From: Gnetum montanum
Taxonomy: Eukaryota; Plantae; Gnetophyta
Direction: 5' to 3'
Length of the DNA: 64,000 bases
NCBI GenBank assembly: GCA_015680685.1
Contig: MNCI01000668.1
Location: 765,175-829,174, forward strand
Below are positions 14,016-28,000 of this stretch, in pieces. The number at the start of each line of letters is the position of its first letter. Position 1 is the first letter of the stretch. Under the pieces are notes generated by a model. It saw nothing but the letters and a program-made list of their open reading frames with translations. It was not told the DNA's origin and ran no database searches. Both the position numbers and the translations under genes were made by a program.

Positions 14016-14874
14016 TGATGAGTAGATTCCTTGGATTCTAGAATCCAATCTCACTTAGGTCCAAAGAAGCAACCTAATTTCTTAATTAAAGAAAAAAGAA
14101 AATAGATAAATTTATTCTTGATTAAAAGAAAAGGATTATAACACACAATGGAAAAAACATTCTTCCAAGGATAGACACTTGATTCATCAAATCCTTATAC
14201 CACTCACAATACAAGATGAATCATTAAGGAATGATCACACTCTCTCAATACTTAAATATATCTCACTCTTACTCTCTCCATCATAGGATGGTCTTAGAAT
14301 GATCTTAGCCACCTTATTTAAATTCATTTGGATCTTTTGTAGCTTTTTTGAGAGTTTCATTTCCTTCCTTGACTATTGGAATGCCTTGAAAATTATATCT
14401 TTTTCTTAAAAAATCATTTTATTGAGATTGTGAGTGACTACAAATCATAGTTGTCATCCTACGATAAGAATATATATTTGGCATCTAGATATGCTACTAA
14501 AATGCATAATATTTTTATCTCTATTTCTTAGCAAACTTTAACCCTGCTACAATCCTAATGTGACTTGTAAATCTCAGATTGTAGCTCACTACAACTTGCA
14601 TGGGCTTGTAATTCATTACCTAATACAAAAGTCCTATTTAGTTAACTGTTTGAACATACTAGAGTAGTTTACAACTTGCAGCTACCCATAGGACTAAACT
14701 ACAACTCACTACAATCCATAATAACCTTGTAGTTATTTGCCTAGGTCACATAGATCATTCAAATGACTCCAAATAATAAATAAAATACATATATATAGCT
14801 CCTACTACTTCTAAGGTATATTAAGGATAATAATTATAAGAATTACCTCTAAGTGTGGGTTCATATCCTCATCA
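14016..14874 (-). repeat. 5' LTR of the CRM-like element
   Basis: TGATG...CATCA termini with the PBS immediately internal. Confidence 0.85.
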
Positions 14875-16567
14875 AGGATGAATCACCGTACATATTTGGA
14901 ATGCTTACTACTGAAGTCAAATCAAATCCTCAATGAGGAAAATATGAATAAGGAAACCAAGATATTTAAACATCCAAGAATTTCCATGCTCAAACTACCA
15001 TCCAAGAATAAGAACATGGGGAAAATGCCCTCAAACATGACATTGCAAAAAGGCCAATTTAAAACTTTGTTAATTTTCTTCTATGAATTGAGAATTTACC
15101 TATCAAAACATCATTGGCAAAGGGTCCTTAAATGAGAATCCAAGTGTTCTTTTAAAACACACAAATATAAAACCATCACATTGTAATACCAAATTATGGA
15201 ATTCTTAAGGCATTTAAGTTAAATGAATTTAAAAAGATCAATGGATATAAGAATAGCCACATAACAAAAGTAATACATTTCATGAAGACGCACCAATACC
15301 ATGCATTACCTCATATCGAATATATTATGGAATCACTATCTTAAACTATCATAAGATAAATTGGTAAGAGAGAATGTTCTTCATAATAAACTTGGGTACA
15401 TGTAACCATTTTTCATAAACAAGAGATCATGGATAGCATTTCCTTGGCATACTAGATGTTTTATTATTATAAAATCTTAAGCTAGAGCACATTTGAGTTT
15501 TATACAAGAGGTCACCTCAGTGAGAAAGGGACTTCCTTGATATTAATCAATATTTGAATCATTCATTCATATCTATTTCAGATAGATAACACATGATTGT
15601 ATTACCTACTTGTGATAACTATTCTCATGTCCATTAAACTTAAGAATCATCTAAATTTCTTTGGCTCAAGATAGCTAGCACATGTGTATTTCATCTACTT
15701 GTAGCAAATATTCATACAATTTAATCCTATATAAGAGTAAGACCAAGATCTATTCACTTGTATTTAGGCATCTCATTTATCACTCATAAGTGCTTTACAA
15801 AATTTTTTGAATGTCTTTTACTTGAACTAAAATCTTGGATCTAATAGAAAGTGTAATAGTAATACTTTGGAGAACTACTTCTCAACACCATCTAAGAGTT
15901 CTAATGTAGTCAAATGTTCTAGAGCAAACTTAAGTTGGACTATGCCTTAACATCCCCAAGAACTTGCAAGCATAACATAAGTACATAACTTACATGCTAC
16001 ATGTTAGTTCATGGTTGATAGTATCACAAGGATGCCTTTATAATCATCTAAGTGACTAATCAATGCAACATATGTAACATAATTAAGAGTACAAGTATGC
16101 TCATAAAGACATTATTTCGTAAGAGAGCTAAGACATATTCCTACTTTAGTGCATCTAGCCATAAGCCTTGCTTTGTAGAGAATGGTGGTGACCTAAGCAT
16201 TAGAACCAAAGCTCCTCCACAATCCTACATATGCTTGTGACATAGTACAAAAGGAATTAGGGCCATGTAGTTCTTTACATTGATGGTTAAGATAGCATGA
16301 AATCCATAAGAATATTCACACTTCTCTAATCACTTGTTTTCGAGGGAAACAATCTTTAATCCACCAACAATATGTGTTTTCCTACAATGTTAATAATTTG
16401 AGTCATAATTGAGATATTATAATATTATTTATATTTTACTATAATTCTTTTAAATTATCATGTTGAATATATGTATTGGATAAACCTATGATCAAATTAT
16501 TTTGGATTCTAATATCCTTTGGACATATAGCCAACATGAAACTTTATTATATCTTTAGAAAACTCAA

Positions 16568-17229
16568 TGCTACCTATTAGAATTGAATGCATAACTTGAA
16601 GGTCCCAAATCTAAAGTCTTACCACTTGGCTAACATCTCATTATTTGAAGGTATAGGTTATCAATTATAATTTTAATTATACAAGTTATAAGTTTAATTT
16701 CATTAATTTATGTTAAGATATGTAAGCATTGCATTGATTTCTTAGTCTACCTAAATAATAATATGTTAGCTTGGTGGTAAAACTCTTAATTTTGTAACTC
16801 CAAGATATGGGTTTGATTTTTGTGAGTAATAATAAATTTTAAAGTTCTATTTTTACTATATGTTTTGGGTAAAAATGTTATTTCTTTAAAAAAAATTAAA
16901 TTGAAACTAAAACTTTTTACTTACATGTAGTGAGATCCCTTGGATCCATTAGACTAGTTTTAGAATTCCTTTTAAGGAATTTTTAAGAAATTTATAATTG
17001 AGTGCTACCTAGTGAAATTGAACCTCTAACTTTAGCTTACCAAGCCAAGAATCTTACCACTAAGGTAGCATCTCATTCCTTTGGGTTCTAATAACCTCTC
17101 CATCCATCCTTCCCTCTTCCTACTTCCCCTACTATTTGTGTCTACCCAACTAGTTGTAAGTGGCTCAAGTATTTAACTAATTATCTCGTTAGGTAAGAGG
17201 TTGTTAATTCAAGCCATACTTGAGATATC
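16568..17229. repeat. Cluster of 3-4 degenerate tRNA-like (A-box/B-box) ~72-bp units in alternating orientation
   Basis: 16568-16639(-) GATGTTAGCCAAGTGGTAAGA...ATTCAATTCT; 16760-16832(+) ATGTTAGCTTGGTGGTAAAA...GGTTTGATTT; 17003-17074(-) GATGCTACCTTAGTGGTAAGA...GGTTCAATTTC; a weaker unit at ~17150-17229(+). Confidence 0.55.
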
Positions 17230-19043
17230 ATTATACTATTTTATATTTATTATAATGATTCATTGATGTGGATTCACCTTAATACATACTAAAAGGACCT
17301 ATTTCATAATCCTTTTAAGCCAAATCAGTTTAGATAAAAAAAAACACAATGAAATAAAGAAACTCTTCCTTTATTGATTCACTCTTAAAAATAGAGAATT
17401 ACATCAACAATGAGGATCCAATCTTAAATCGAATCTTCCAAGGTTCTAGATACCACACATATCCTCTCTAACTCCCTCAATTACTCTCACTTGAAATACA
17501 AGCTTAAGAAAAGTGCACTTATAAGAGATTCTATCAACCTCTCTCAAGTGCCTCATTCAATTGGATATAATTGTCCTAGTATAAGCTCTTCTTAATTTCT
17601 CTCTTATCACTTCTTAAGACTAGCCTTTTCTATTTAGACTAAAATAGTTATACTCAAGCGTTTTTTGTGTTTTTATAGCTTCTTGAGTGTTCTTTCATCT
17701 TCCATAGCATTTAAAAATACAAATAACCATTTCTTGTCTTACTAATGAAGATGTACTACAAGAGGAAAGGATGTCTTTCTTGAGGTAAAATAATTTCATA
17801 AAATATTTCTTTGGCATTAGAAATATGTCTTTTCTAAGAGCCAAACTTGTGTAGAAGACATCTTTCAAGAAGGAAAGATGTCTTTCTAGGTTTGGCCTTA
17901 AATAATTCTAAAGGAATTTTAGGTAGTGAAAGAATTTGTTGGTTACCTTGACTTCATAAATAATCAGCTAATAAAATTTATATTTTTGGAAAGCTTAGTA
18001 ATTTCTCTAAAATTTTAAAAAAGGATGTACTACAAAATATTTCTAGAAGATAAGCTTCTGTTATATTCTTTTCAATCTATCAAAAATCATAGAAATTCTA
18101 GTAGTGCAACTTTGAGAGATGATAACTCAAACATTATAAATTTTATGATGCTAAATTTTTTAAAAAAACTTTACATAGATATTATCTTTCAAATAAATCT
18201 CATATCACATCAAAGTGTTGTGTGATGAGGGAGAAATAAGCTAATCATTCATAGTCATTCATTTTGGTGAAAATTTACAATTCAGAAAATCTACTAAATT
18301 ATAGAGCTAACTTCTTCCAAACCGTAATACATATTAGATTGAAATTTTAGCTACACATAGCAACCTATTATATATTTCTAATAAATTTATAATAATTGAA
18401 TTTTTTTTAAAATAATTGAGATATGATCAAAAAGTGAATGTTCCAAATTATAGCTATCTAACTTCTAAGATTTAGTAAATAATGAAGAATGATGTTAATG
18501 TAGGTTGATGAATTGATAAATTCATGTATTAATGTTGATGTATGTTGATGAATTCATGANNNNNNNNNNNNNNNNNNNNNNNNNNNNNNNNNNNNNNNNN
18601 NNNNNNNNNNNNNNNNNNNNNNNNNNNNNNNNNATTAAAATAAAACTCTTATTATATAATAAAAATAAAAAAGTATTATATTCTACTCTAGAAAACTAAC
18701 AATCCCTCCTTAGAGTGGAAAGAAGTCTTCATTTTTTATATTTTATTTTTACTTTCTTTGTTATGCTTTGAATTTCTAGGATTTATTGAGGCACATGATC
18801 CTGTGAGATAAAATATTTTTTGTAAGTAAGTTAGTAAGTTGCTATTTTGAACTAATGTGAATAGGTTTGATAGTTCCTTCTTTCACTTATTACTTAGATG
18901 AAATAGTACTTGTTAATGTGTTTTAAATTTTTGTAATTTACATAATCTTGGGATAGTTGAATTGTTGTTGTATTGTCATAATATAAATTTCTATGAAGAT
19001 CAACTTAGAATCATAAGTATGAGAGAATTTTATTTAGCTAGAG

Positions 19044-22000
19044 TGATGAACGGCGAGGTACCCCTATGCTCAACTATATGAATACGAGTGTTTCACACAT
19101 GATCCAGTCGAATTCTAAGGACTAAGTGCTTATGCACCCTTGTAGAATAAGGATGGGTTGGTTGATCATTATCTTCCCAAGCTTACTTGTATGTCACGAT
19201 TGTATGGTTAAGTAAGCTTGAGGCATATGATTTTTATAGCTTTTATGTTTTTATGTCCTATGCTAGTAGGGAAGGAGAGAGGTAACTAAGTGACTAATTT
19301 AACTTAACTACTCATTAACTAAGTTCTAACTAATCCTAACACTAGCATCTATTCCCACTTGCCGTACACATCCTGAACTAGTGCAACACTGCTGGGATTA
19401 CCAAACACTAATCGTTATTGGGTTACCAAGTGTTACACGCATGCTCAAAGTGGTCGTGCTTGTGTAATTTAATGATTTTCTTGATTAATCAAAATGAATT
19501 GCTGTGCTAATAACAGAAATGTAAAGTGCATAAAATAAAATAAAATAAAATAAATGCATAAGAAAATAAAATAAAAGAAATGAGTAAGAAAACAAATCTC
19601 AAGTGCTGCAAGGATGAATCAAAGAGCTCATCTTTATTGCCATACACAAGGTGTGCTCAAGTACATAATGCTCAAATAAAGATCTATCCACACTTCGACC
19701 TCCTACTACGGGCACTTGGAAAATACTCTAACTCTAAAGTAGACTACAAGAGTTTCACTACTTAATTGCTAAAAATACTTCTTCTCAGTTGTGCTCCTAG
19801 GCACTGTATTTATAGGCTTCGGAGCAACTACTTTAATAATTGGAGTAATCACTCTAATACTTAGAATAAACTACTAGAGTAACTACTCTAATAATTAGAA
19901 TAAATCACTAGAGTAACTACTCTAATAATTACAATAAATTGCTAGAGTAATCGCTCTCATCATAGCCCCATGACTGAATGAAAATGCGTCCTCGAGTTCC
20001 TTACAAAATATTTGGAAGGTATGGGATTATTGACTAATTGACAACTGATGGTGAAATGGGATGACAGACTCAACATGCCTAGTGATGGATCAATAATCAT
20101 ATTACAACATTATGGTGAACACTCGTACATAAATGACATCCAAGCTTTTATTTGAAAACTTGTAGAGAAAGATAGAGAAAGAAAATGAAGTGTGTTGCTG
20201 CCAATGCTAAATTGCACCTTCTATTATTTATCCATAGCCATGCCACTAGACTTGTTCCTTTCGTAAATGCTCCAGTTCCAGTCGATCTTGAGTGCTTTCC
20301 TCCAAGCCCAGTCCATTGTCTGTATGATCACCATCTGCACACACAACATAGTCACAAATATGCAAGGATAGATAATTCACAATGCAGTTGATACCATGCG
20401 TCGATATGAAGCGCATTGGCTGAGTTGTGGTTATGGCAGAAACTAGTTCAGAGATTTATCATTGGCAAATACCCAAGATTTAGGGGTTAGGCAATTAGTA
20501 AAATGGAAAAAATTGAAAAATTTATGCCAGGGCCCCCACGACTAAGAGCAAACCTCTAGTAGCTATAAGATGGAAAAACATGAGGAACAAGAAAGATGAA
20601 AAATATCAATGGCAATGCCGATAAAATGAATGTCATGGATGGGGATGAAACAAAAAATGATTGATTGCAGGATATGTTTAAGGGAAAGAAGTTAACAATT
20701 GCACCAAAAAGAAATGTCAGTGGGTCCTTCCCAAAGTAGGCTCATGCCCTTTATGCCTTGACAAACCCACAAACCAAAGAGTTTGTAGGCTCTAGGAATG
20801 TCATTTGGAAGTAAGAGTTAAAAACCTACCCACAAGAATTCACAAAAGAAAAAAAATGCATCAACCCAGAACGGACTAATGATAAAATCAACAATGAGGT
20901 GGAAAAATGGGGAGAAAGATGGAGATGAGAGAATGGAATGGAATCTCAAGAACAAGGTTGTGTAAAGTCCCTTCTGTATTTTATGGTTAATGCGACTAAG
21001 TAGAACTCATCCCAAATCCAGACTCAAACAAACCACATCCAGTGACCTCGCATCAACACACTTGACGAATCCATCCACTTGAAGCGACAAGAATGCTTCC
21101 ACAAAGAGTCACCACCATTCTGAGGAGAGTGAGATGGAGAAGCAAGAAGTAAGAAAGGGCCTTAGTTAGAGGGAACCTTTAGGCATGGGTAACATGTATT
21201 TCCAATTCCATAACCAGTGCTTGTAGCCCATAATGCTTTATTGTGTCTAAGGGGTGTGCTTTGAATTCTCACTTTTTTTTCTCTTCTTTTTTTTTTGCTT
21301 GAGAATCACACCATGCAAAGACTTATTTTTATTCACTTAACTTTCTAATTTTTGAACATTGTCAGAATGGTAGAAAACCCAAGAAAAAGCATCCAATAAC
21401 CCAAGAGAATGACCAAAAAAAATGCATCGAATCCTCTTGAAGTCACACCCTTTTCATCCTTTGAGTCTTTCCTTCGTTTGAAAAGTACCCAGCCACCAAT
21501 TCATTAATCGTTTACTTAGAAAAAGAGGGACTGTACAGTTCCAAGCCAAAGGAGACCATAGAGTTGTATGGATGAGTGGATGGTATGGACTCATTGCTTG
21601 TTTTACCAAAAGAACCATACCTTAATATCAGCATTATAATTCAAAAGTAAAAACCAAACATTAGCAATCAATATGATAATATTTAATCCACCATCATGAG
21701 CACTTATTGGATGATGAATAAAAGTAAATCAAGCAAACAAAGAAATAGTAAAAACATGAACAACGATGTAAAACAAAAATAAGAAAAGTTGAAAGAATTT
21801 GTAAAAAAAAAAACGTGTAAAACAAAAATTCAGAAAGAACTGAGGACCTAGAATGGTTAGCATAGGTGGCCATCTCCCCCATGACTAAGTTGGAAGGAGG
21901 AGATTCGAAATAGCGAGCAGGGTTGTCCATCAAGAGAGGTAGCATGTGTACTGGCTATCCTAAGCTCCTAGAAAGGTTTGGTTTGTTGCATGTTGACCAA

Positions 22001-25000
22001 AAGTTTCTTATCCAGGCTCTTAGGTTTGTATATTGTCATGGCCCCTAAAGGAAAAGTTGCATAAATAATATAAGGTCCTTCCCATAGTGTTTGAAATTTA
22101 GTACGTTGTGTTACCTGTGTGGGATTCCAATAGAGAACCTTATCTCTTGGTTGATATTTAACTTTCCTAATTATTAGGTCATGACATTGTTTATTAAAGG
22201 CCTTGTGAAATTCATTAGATAACAGGATAGCTAATTGGTTTTCATCTAGCAAGTTAAGGATTACTAACCATTGTTTCTATGCTAGATCAAGGTTAAGCTT
22301 GAGGTCACATGCTGTGGATAGTGTACGGAGCTCAGTTTGAATGGGAAGCATTGGTAATTTACCATACACTAACTCATAGGGAGAGTAGCTTGTAGGGAGT
22401 TTCCATGTGGAGCAGTATGTCCAAAGAGCATTGTTTAGTCTAGTGCTCTAGTCTTGCCTAAACTTGTTAATGGTTCTTGTCAATATCTTCGTAATCTCCC
22501 TATTGGTGACTTCTGCTTGATCATTTGCTTGGGGGTGGTATGGTGTAGTTAATTTATGCTCAAACCTTAAGCATTGCATTAATTTCTGAAAATTTGCATC
22601 TGTGAAGTGTGTACCATTGTCTGAAATAATTGCATGTGGCACACCAAACTTGTTTATGAATTGTTGTTGAAAAAATCATATAGCTGTAGATGATGTACAA
22701 TCTTTAAAAGAAACTATTTCAACCCATTTTTTAAGGTAATAAATGGCAAAAATAATATAAGCTTTTCCATTATATATTGATGTAATTGACCCCATAAAAT
22801 CAATTCCCCAAATGTCGAAGGGTTCTAATGGTTGAATCCATTGTTGTGGACCCTCCATTCTAGCAATCATTCCCCTATCACGCTGAAAATGGTCACAAGA
22901 TTGGACAAAACAATGGATGTCCCGAAATAATGTAGGCCAATAATATCCTACAAGTAGGATCTTGATGACCGTTTGTCTCCTAGCATAATGACCCCCACAA
23001 GGACCCTCATGAGTGTCTTGGAGAACTCACAGTTGATCTATATCAGGAACACACTATCGAACCAAGCCATCAGGACACACTTTGTAAAGTTGCCCATTGA
23101 TCTCCATAAAGTACTTGGCTTGGTGAAGAAACTGTTGTTTCATCTTAAGGTTTAACTCTTGTGGTGTTTGTTGGGTGAGGGGATAGGTAAGAATGCTATT
23201 GTACTAGTTTGTCTCCATGGGTGATTGATTATTCACTACACCAGAAAAGAGGAATTCATTAGGGAAATGATCAGAAATTGGATACTCATCCTCTTTGTTG
23301 TCCCATCACAACCGACATAAATGATCAGCAACTACATTCTTGGTGCCCTTACGATCAATCATCATTAAATAGAACTCTTGTAAGATTATAAGCCATCATA
23401 TGATATGAGGGCTTACCATTGGCCTATTCATGAGGAACGAAATTGCACTATGATATGTATGTATATATACTTTATATCCCAATACATAGTGTCTAAACTT
23501 TTCTAGTGTAAACACTACAACCATTAATTCCTTCTTTGTGGTATTGTAGTTAAGTTGTGCACTAGCAATACTTCTACTTGCACAGTGGATGTAGTAAGGA
23601 TGCTTCTGGTCATCTAACTATGTAAGTATAGCTCCTAAAGCATAGTTGGACACATCAGTTATGATATGGAATGGTTTGGACCAGTCAAGAGGTTGTAGAA
23701 TAGGTGTTTCTACTAGCTTCTGTTTTAGAGTTTGGAAAGCTAATTTGCATTCCTTGGTCCACTCGAAAGGTACATCCTTCTTCGTTAATTTCACCAATGG
23801 TTTCGCAACCTTTGAAAAGTTCTCAATAAATCTCCTATAGTAGCCAGTATGTCCAAGGAATAACTGAATATCTTTTACAGTTTTCGGTTGATGGGTAATT
23901 CCTTGGATAATTTTGATTTTCTCGGGGTCTACCTCTATTCCTATGTGTGAGATTTTGTGCCTTAGTACTATGCCTTCTTGGACCATCAAATTACTTTTCT
24001 ACCAGTTGAGCCTCAAATTGGTTTTTACACATCTTTTTAACACTTGCTCTAATCAGTCCAAGGCTTGATCAAATTTTGCTCCATAAGTGGAGAATTCATC
24101 CATAAATACCTCCACACCATTCCCTATCTGCTATTGGAATATGCTTATAACTAGTCATTGAAATGTTGTAGGGGCATTGCACAAGCCAAACGACATCTAT
24201 TTGTATGTGAATGTTCCCCAAGGACTGGTGAACGTAGTCTTGGCTTGGTCTTCTAGGGCTATTTATATTTGGTTATATTTGCTATATCCATCTAGAAAAT
24301 TGTAATAGCGATGCCTTATGATGGTGTCTAATACTTGGTCAACAAATAGCAATGGAAAGTGATCTTTGAATGTTGCCATATTTAGTAGCCTGAAATCTAT
24401 GGCACACCCTCCATTTTCCTCCCTTTTTAGGCACAATAACTAAGGGGCTAACCCATTCACTATCAGCAATGGGGTATATGAACCCAGCCTTGAGAAGCTG
24501 TTTGATTTCTTCCTTGACTACTTGCTTTAGCTTTGGGTTTAAACGCCTTTGCGGTTGTCTTCGAGGATTCATGGAGGGGTCAGTGTAAATCCTATGTTGG
24601 CATATCCTAGGATCTATTCCAATTAATTCGAGATATGACCAAGCAAAGGCTTTTGACCATCTATTGATTACCTACAGTAGTTCTTCTTTTTGTTGAGGAG
24701 CAAGCTTAGCGTTGATAATTCCTGGTTTTCCATTTTTAAGGAATATGTATTCCATACTGATGGGTAATGGTTTCAGCTTGAGGGGCTCTTGCTTAAATTT
24801 CTTAGGGATTTCCAACTTCCCCCAATTGATATTTTCAAGGTTAAGACTTGGAATTTGGTGGTGGAATTGCTCTAATGTGTCTATGCTATCGATGTAAGCA
24901 CAAGTAAAATTCTTAGTTGGTTCCATGCATATGAGTGAACTACTTTCTTGATCAGTTGTCAGCCACTGGGTGTCTTCCTATCATGTGGCTGCTGCATACA

Positions 25001-28000
25001 GGTATCTTTGTATGTTAATCACTTGTGCACACTGATTGCATGCAGGCAATGTTAAAATTTGCACAAACCATGATCTCTGCATGCAATTACACCTTGTGTC
25101 ACTGTATGTCATGCACGAAACTTTCTTCTTCTCAATATTTTCAAATGTATTTTCCTTTAATATTTCTAGGGAAAGATTGCAGATTCCTAGGTGTGCATCG
25201 ATGGTGCTTAGCCATGCTCTTTCCATTATGATTGGGAAGTCCCCCTTACCATTTTTTACCTGAATCACTAGGAAGTCAATTGGGTATGACCACCCACAAA
25301 CAATGGTAACAATGTCTTCCACTAATCCCAATGGGACAGTGATGGACTAGTTGGCCAACTCTAGATAGATGTTGCTCTTTTTCAATGGAGACAAGTTCCA
25401 AGCCTTGTATATTTCTTGAGAAATCAAGTTGACATCAGAACCTAAATCCAAAAAAGCCTGAATCAAAAAGAGCAATTTGTAAGTATATCAGAGGACTCCT
25501 AGGATCAGAGAATTTCCTAGGAAGGTGGCTAGCTTTGATCCAATCGGTGACGACATGTGTTAGCATGATCATATGCATTGAGTGTGGTGGTTGAGTTGAA
25601 GGAGGCTCTAAAGTTTTGATTGATATTGAGGCATCTAAGGAATCAGCCGCTTATGATTGCAAGGGCTTGGTTGGTCTGTTGGTTCTAAAGAAAGGTCATT
25701 TCTTCATGTGGTTGTTGGAACCAATAGTAGGTTAAGAGTTAATAGCCCTTGTGGCATTATGTTGCTATGATTGGGTAGGGATTTCACCTTGCATAGCTAG
25801 AGTAGGTGGTAGTGGAGCTATTGGTGGAAGAGATGCGATCGGATGAGAAGGATGATATGCTTGTAGAATATTGCCTCTAGAAGAAGGAGTCCCATAATAC
25901 TCATAAGCTTGGTAGTGAGGTTGAAGAGTGACATGATCATTAGAGTCACGTGGGGAGATTGGCTGCTACATGTTATATCCATATGGGTTAGGTTATCGGT
26001 AAGGATACTATTGCCTTGGTGGTGGCATTCCCCATGATTGTGAGTGTTGCCACTATTGACATTGCTCAATTGGTTGTGGTGGAGTTCCACTAAGATAATA
26101 TGTGAAGGGTTGGTGGAATTACCTTGGGTTACCTTGAGGGTAAGATAACCTTCGGGGTGTTTACCTTTTGTTTAATTGTGTGTTGAGTGCATACACCCCA
26201 GACTCCTGCAAATGTGAGATTACAAGGTAACATCCCTTAGGATGGTCATATTGAAATATTTTGCATCCACTATCATTGTCTATTTTCGACTCCACAACCT
26301 CTTCAATGATGGCAACTTTTCCCTTACCCTTGCTACGTGCATGTTTAGCTTTTTTCTTTTTTCTTTTTTCGTGATCACTACCTTGCTCTCTAAACTCCTC
26401 TACTATTTTTAGAATAGTTTGAAATCTATTGTCTAGGGAATCGCACATTTGGTCTACCTTTGCCAAAAATTTTGATGTCATCTTTTGGATAGGCAAAGTT
26501 TTCCTATTCACCATCTTTTCGAGTGGTGACTCTTCTTCATCCTCACAAAATCTTACTCCCCTCTTCTGGAGGGAAGGATCTCGATTATACTCTTCTGTAC
26601 TTTCTCTCTTCCATAGCTCACCTTCTTCGATAGCAACTTACTCTAATAGTCTTTGAATTTGATGTGACCTAAGCTCGGATAGTCTCCCTTGGGAATAAAT
26701 CCCAAAGGTTCTTCTCGTTTCATGCCTAAGCCCATCCACAAGATGGCACAGTTGATCCCTTTGCGAATAACCATGGATAGGACAACAATGTAATAGTGCA
26801 TAGTATTGGCCTATGGCAGCATCCAAGGGTTCATGTCCTTGTTGTTTCCAGCCTTGGATTTTCTTTCAAAATTTGGACACTTGGGAGTACGTTTGGTAGT
26901 TGTCATGAAATAGTTCTAACATAGTACTTCACCTATGAATGGATTCTAGTTCTAAAGATCGGTACTAGCTTTCTACTTCTTTAACTAATGTCTTTGGAAA
27001 CAACTTAAGTTTTTTCCATTCGTTCTCTATGTTCTGTAAGGCACATGCATCATGGAATGCTTGTAAATGATTCTAAGGATCAGTGTTGTATCCCCCTTCA
27101 AATTGTGGGATATTGTTCATATCTAATCTCTTGATCCTACTATCTTTCTACTGCCTTGTTGGAATTCTAACAACCTCAGTTATGTCTAATATACTTCGAG
27201 TAGCGAGTAGGGGTTCATTTTGATCGTATTGTCCATGGTTTCTATGATGCCTACGTTGTTTCCTAGTCTTCCTTCTTTTATGTTGTGACTCTCTAGAGTG
27301 CGCTTGTCCCCTTTCTTGGTTGTTTTATCTATGACTTCCAATTTTCCTACCTTTATCCCCATGGTTTTTTTCTTTATGACTACATCTAGATATTGAAAGA
27401 GAGGGTGAAGGAGATGATGAAGGTGAAGAAGAAGGAGAACTGTCACCATGACGGTGTCTGCTACCTTCTCTTCTGCGGTCTCGACCTTGATCGTGATTGC
27501 CATCACAATGTCCACCTTTATCATGAGTTCGTGTCCCTTTTTTGGACCCTTTGTGCCCATGGGTATCAAAACTTGGGTTATGAATAGTGGAATGAAGGTT
27601 TTGATACACAACCTCTTGGCCAAAGTCAAGGGGAGGAACATCGTTGTGTGGCCAATTGCCTGAGGTAGGTTCACCACCCTCATTTTTGCTTAAGACATGT
27701 GGGAAATCCTAGGACCACTTACCCTTCAAAGAATTATGATGTCTCTCCTATTGTAAGTCCCTTTGATGTTGTGCCTCTATGGGACAGTATTCTCTTGAGT
27801 CATGATCCTGCACAATGTATTCTACATGTAAGTGCGGCATGCCAATTTGTGTAAGAGCATGAAGAAGCATGCTAGGGACTGAATGATCAGGAGGTAACAC
27901 TATGTTACCTTCTAAGTCTCACCAATGCATTTGTTCATCTTGATGGAGGATAAAGATGAAGTCTGATGAATATATACCACTCGAACTTGTTGAGGGACTG

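Larger units (their letters stand above)
1882..14874 (-). mobile_element. Degenerate CRM-like Ty3/Gypsy LTR retrotransposon with nested insertions
   Basis: Homologous LTRs at 1882-2725 and 14016-14874 with TGAT...ATCA termini. TSD GGGAT (1877-1881) / AGGAT (14875-14879). Met-type PBS relic (rc TGGCATTAGAGC, 14001-14012) and PPT (rc GAGGGGTGAAGAAGA, 2726-2740). Minus-strand relics: zinc knuckle CFNYGELGH (~12520), RT KSDLKSGYHYIRI (11414-11656), integrase HDIPLNILSDR (~9950-9985) continuing as KFISYFW...YHP..GKIEFLNR (~4030-4170). Confidence 0.85.

Noticed and set aside
15300-16350. Possible decayed coding sequence (MuDR-like HTC or LRR-like words on the minus strand)
   Set aside because: Only isolated short words with no ordered motif set, so it cannot be assigned without a search.
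17264-17908. Another LTR hosting the big Copia
   Set aside because: It starts TGATG and looks LTR-like, but I could not find its other end or a TSD beyond 57411.
19827-19955. CRISPR-like array
   Set aside because: Head-to-tail tandem units without unique spacers, inside a plant LTR.
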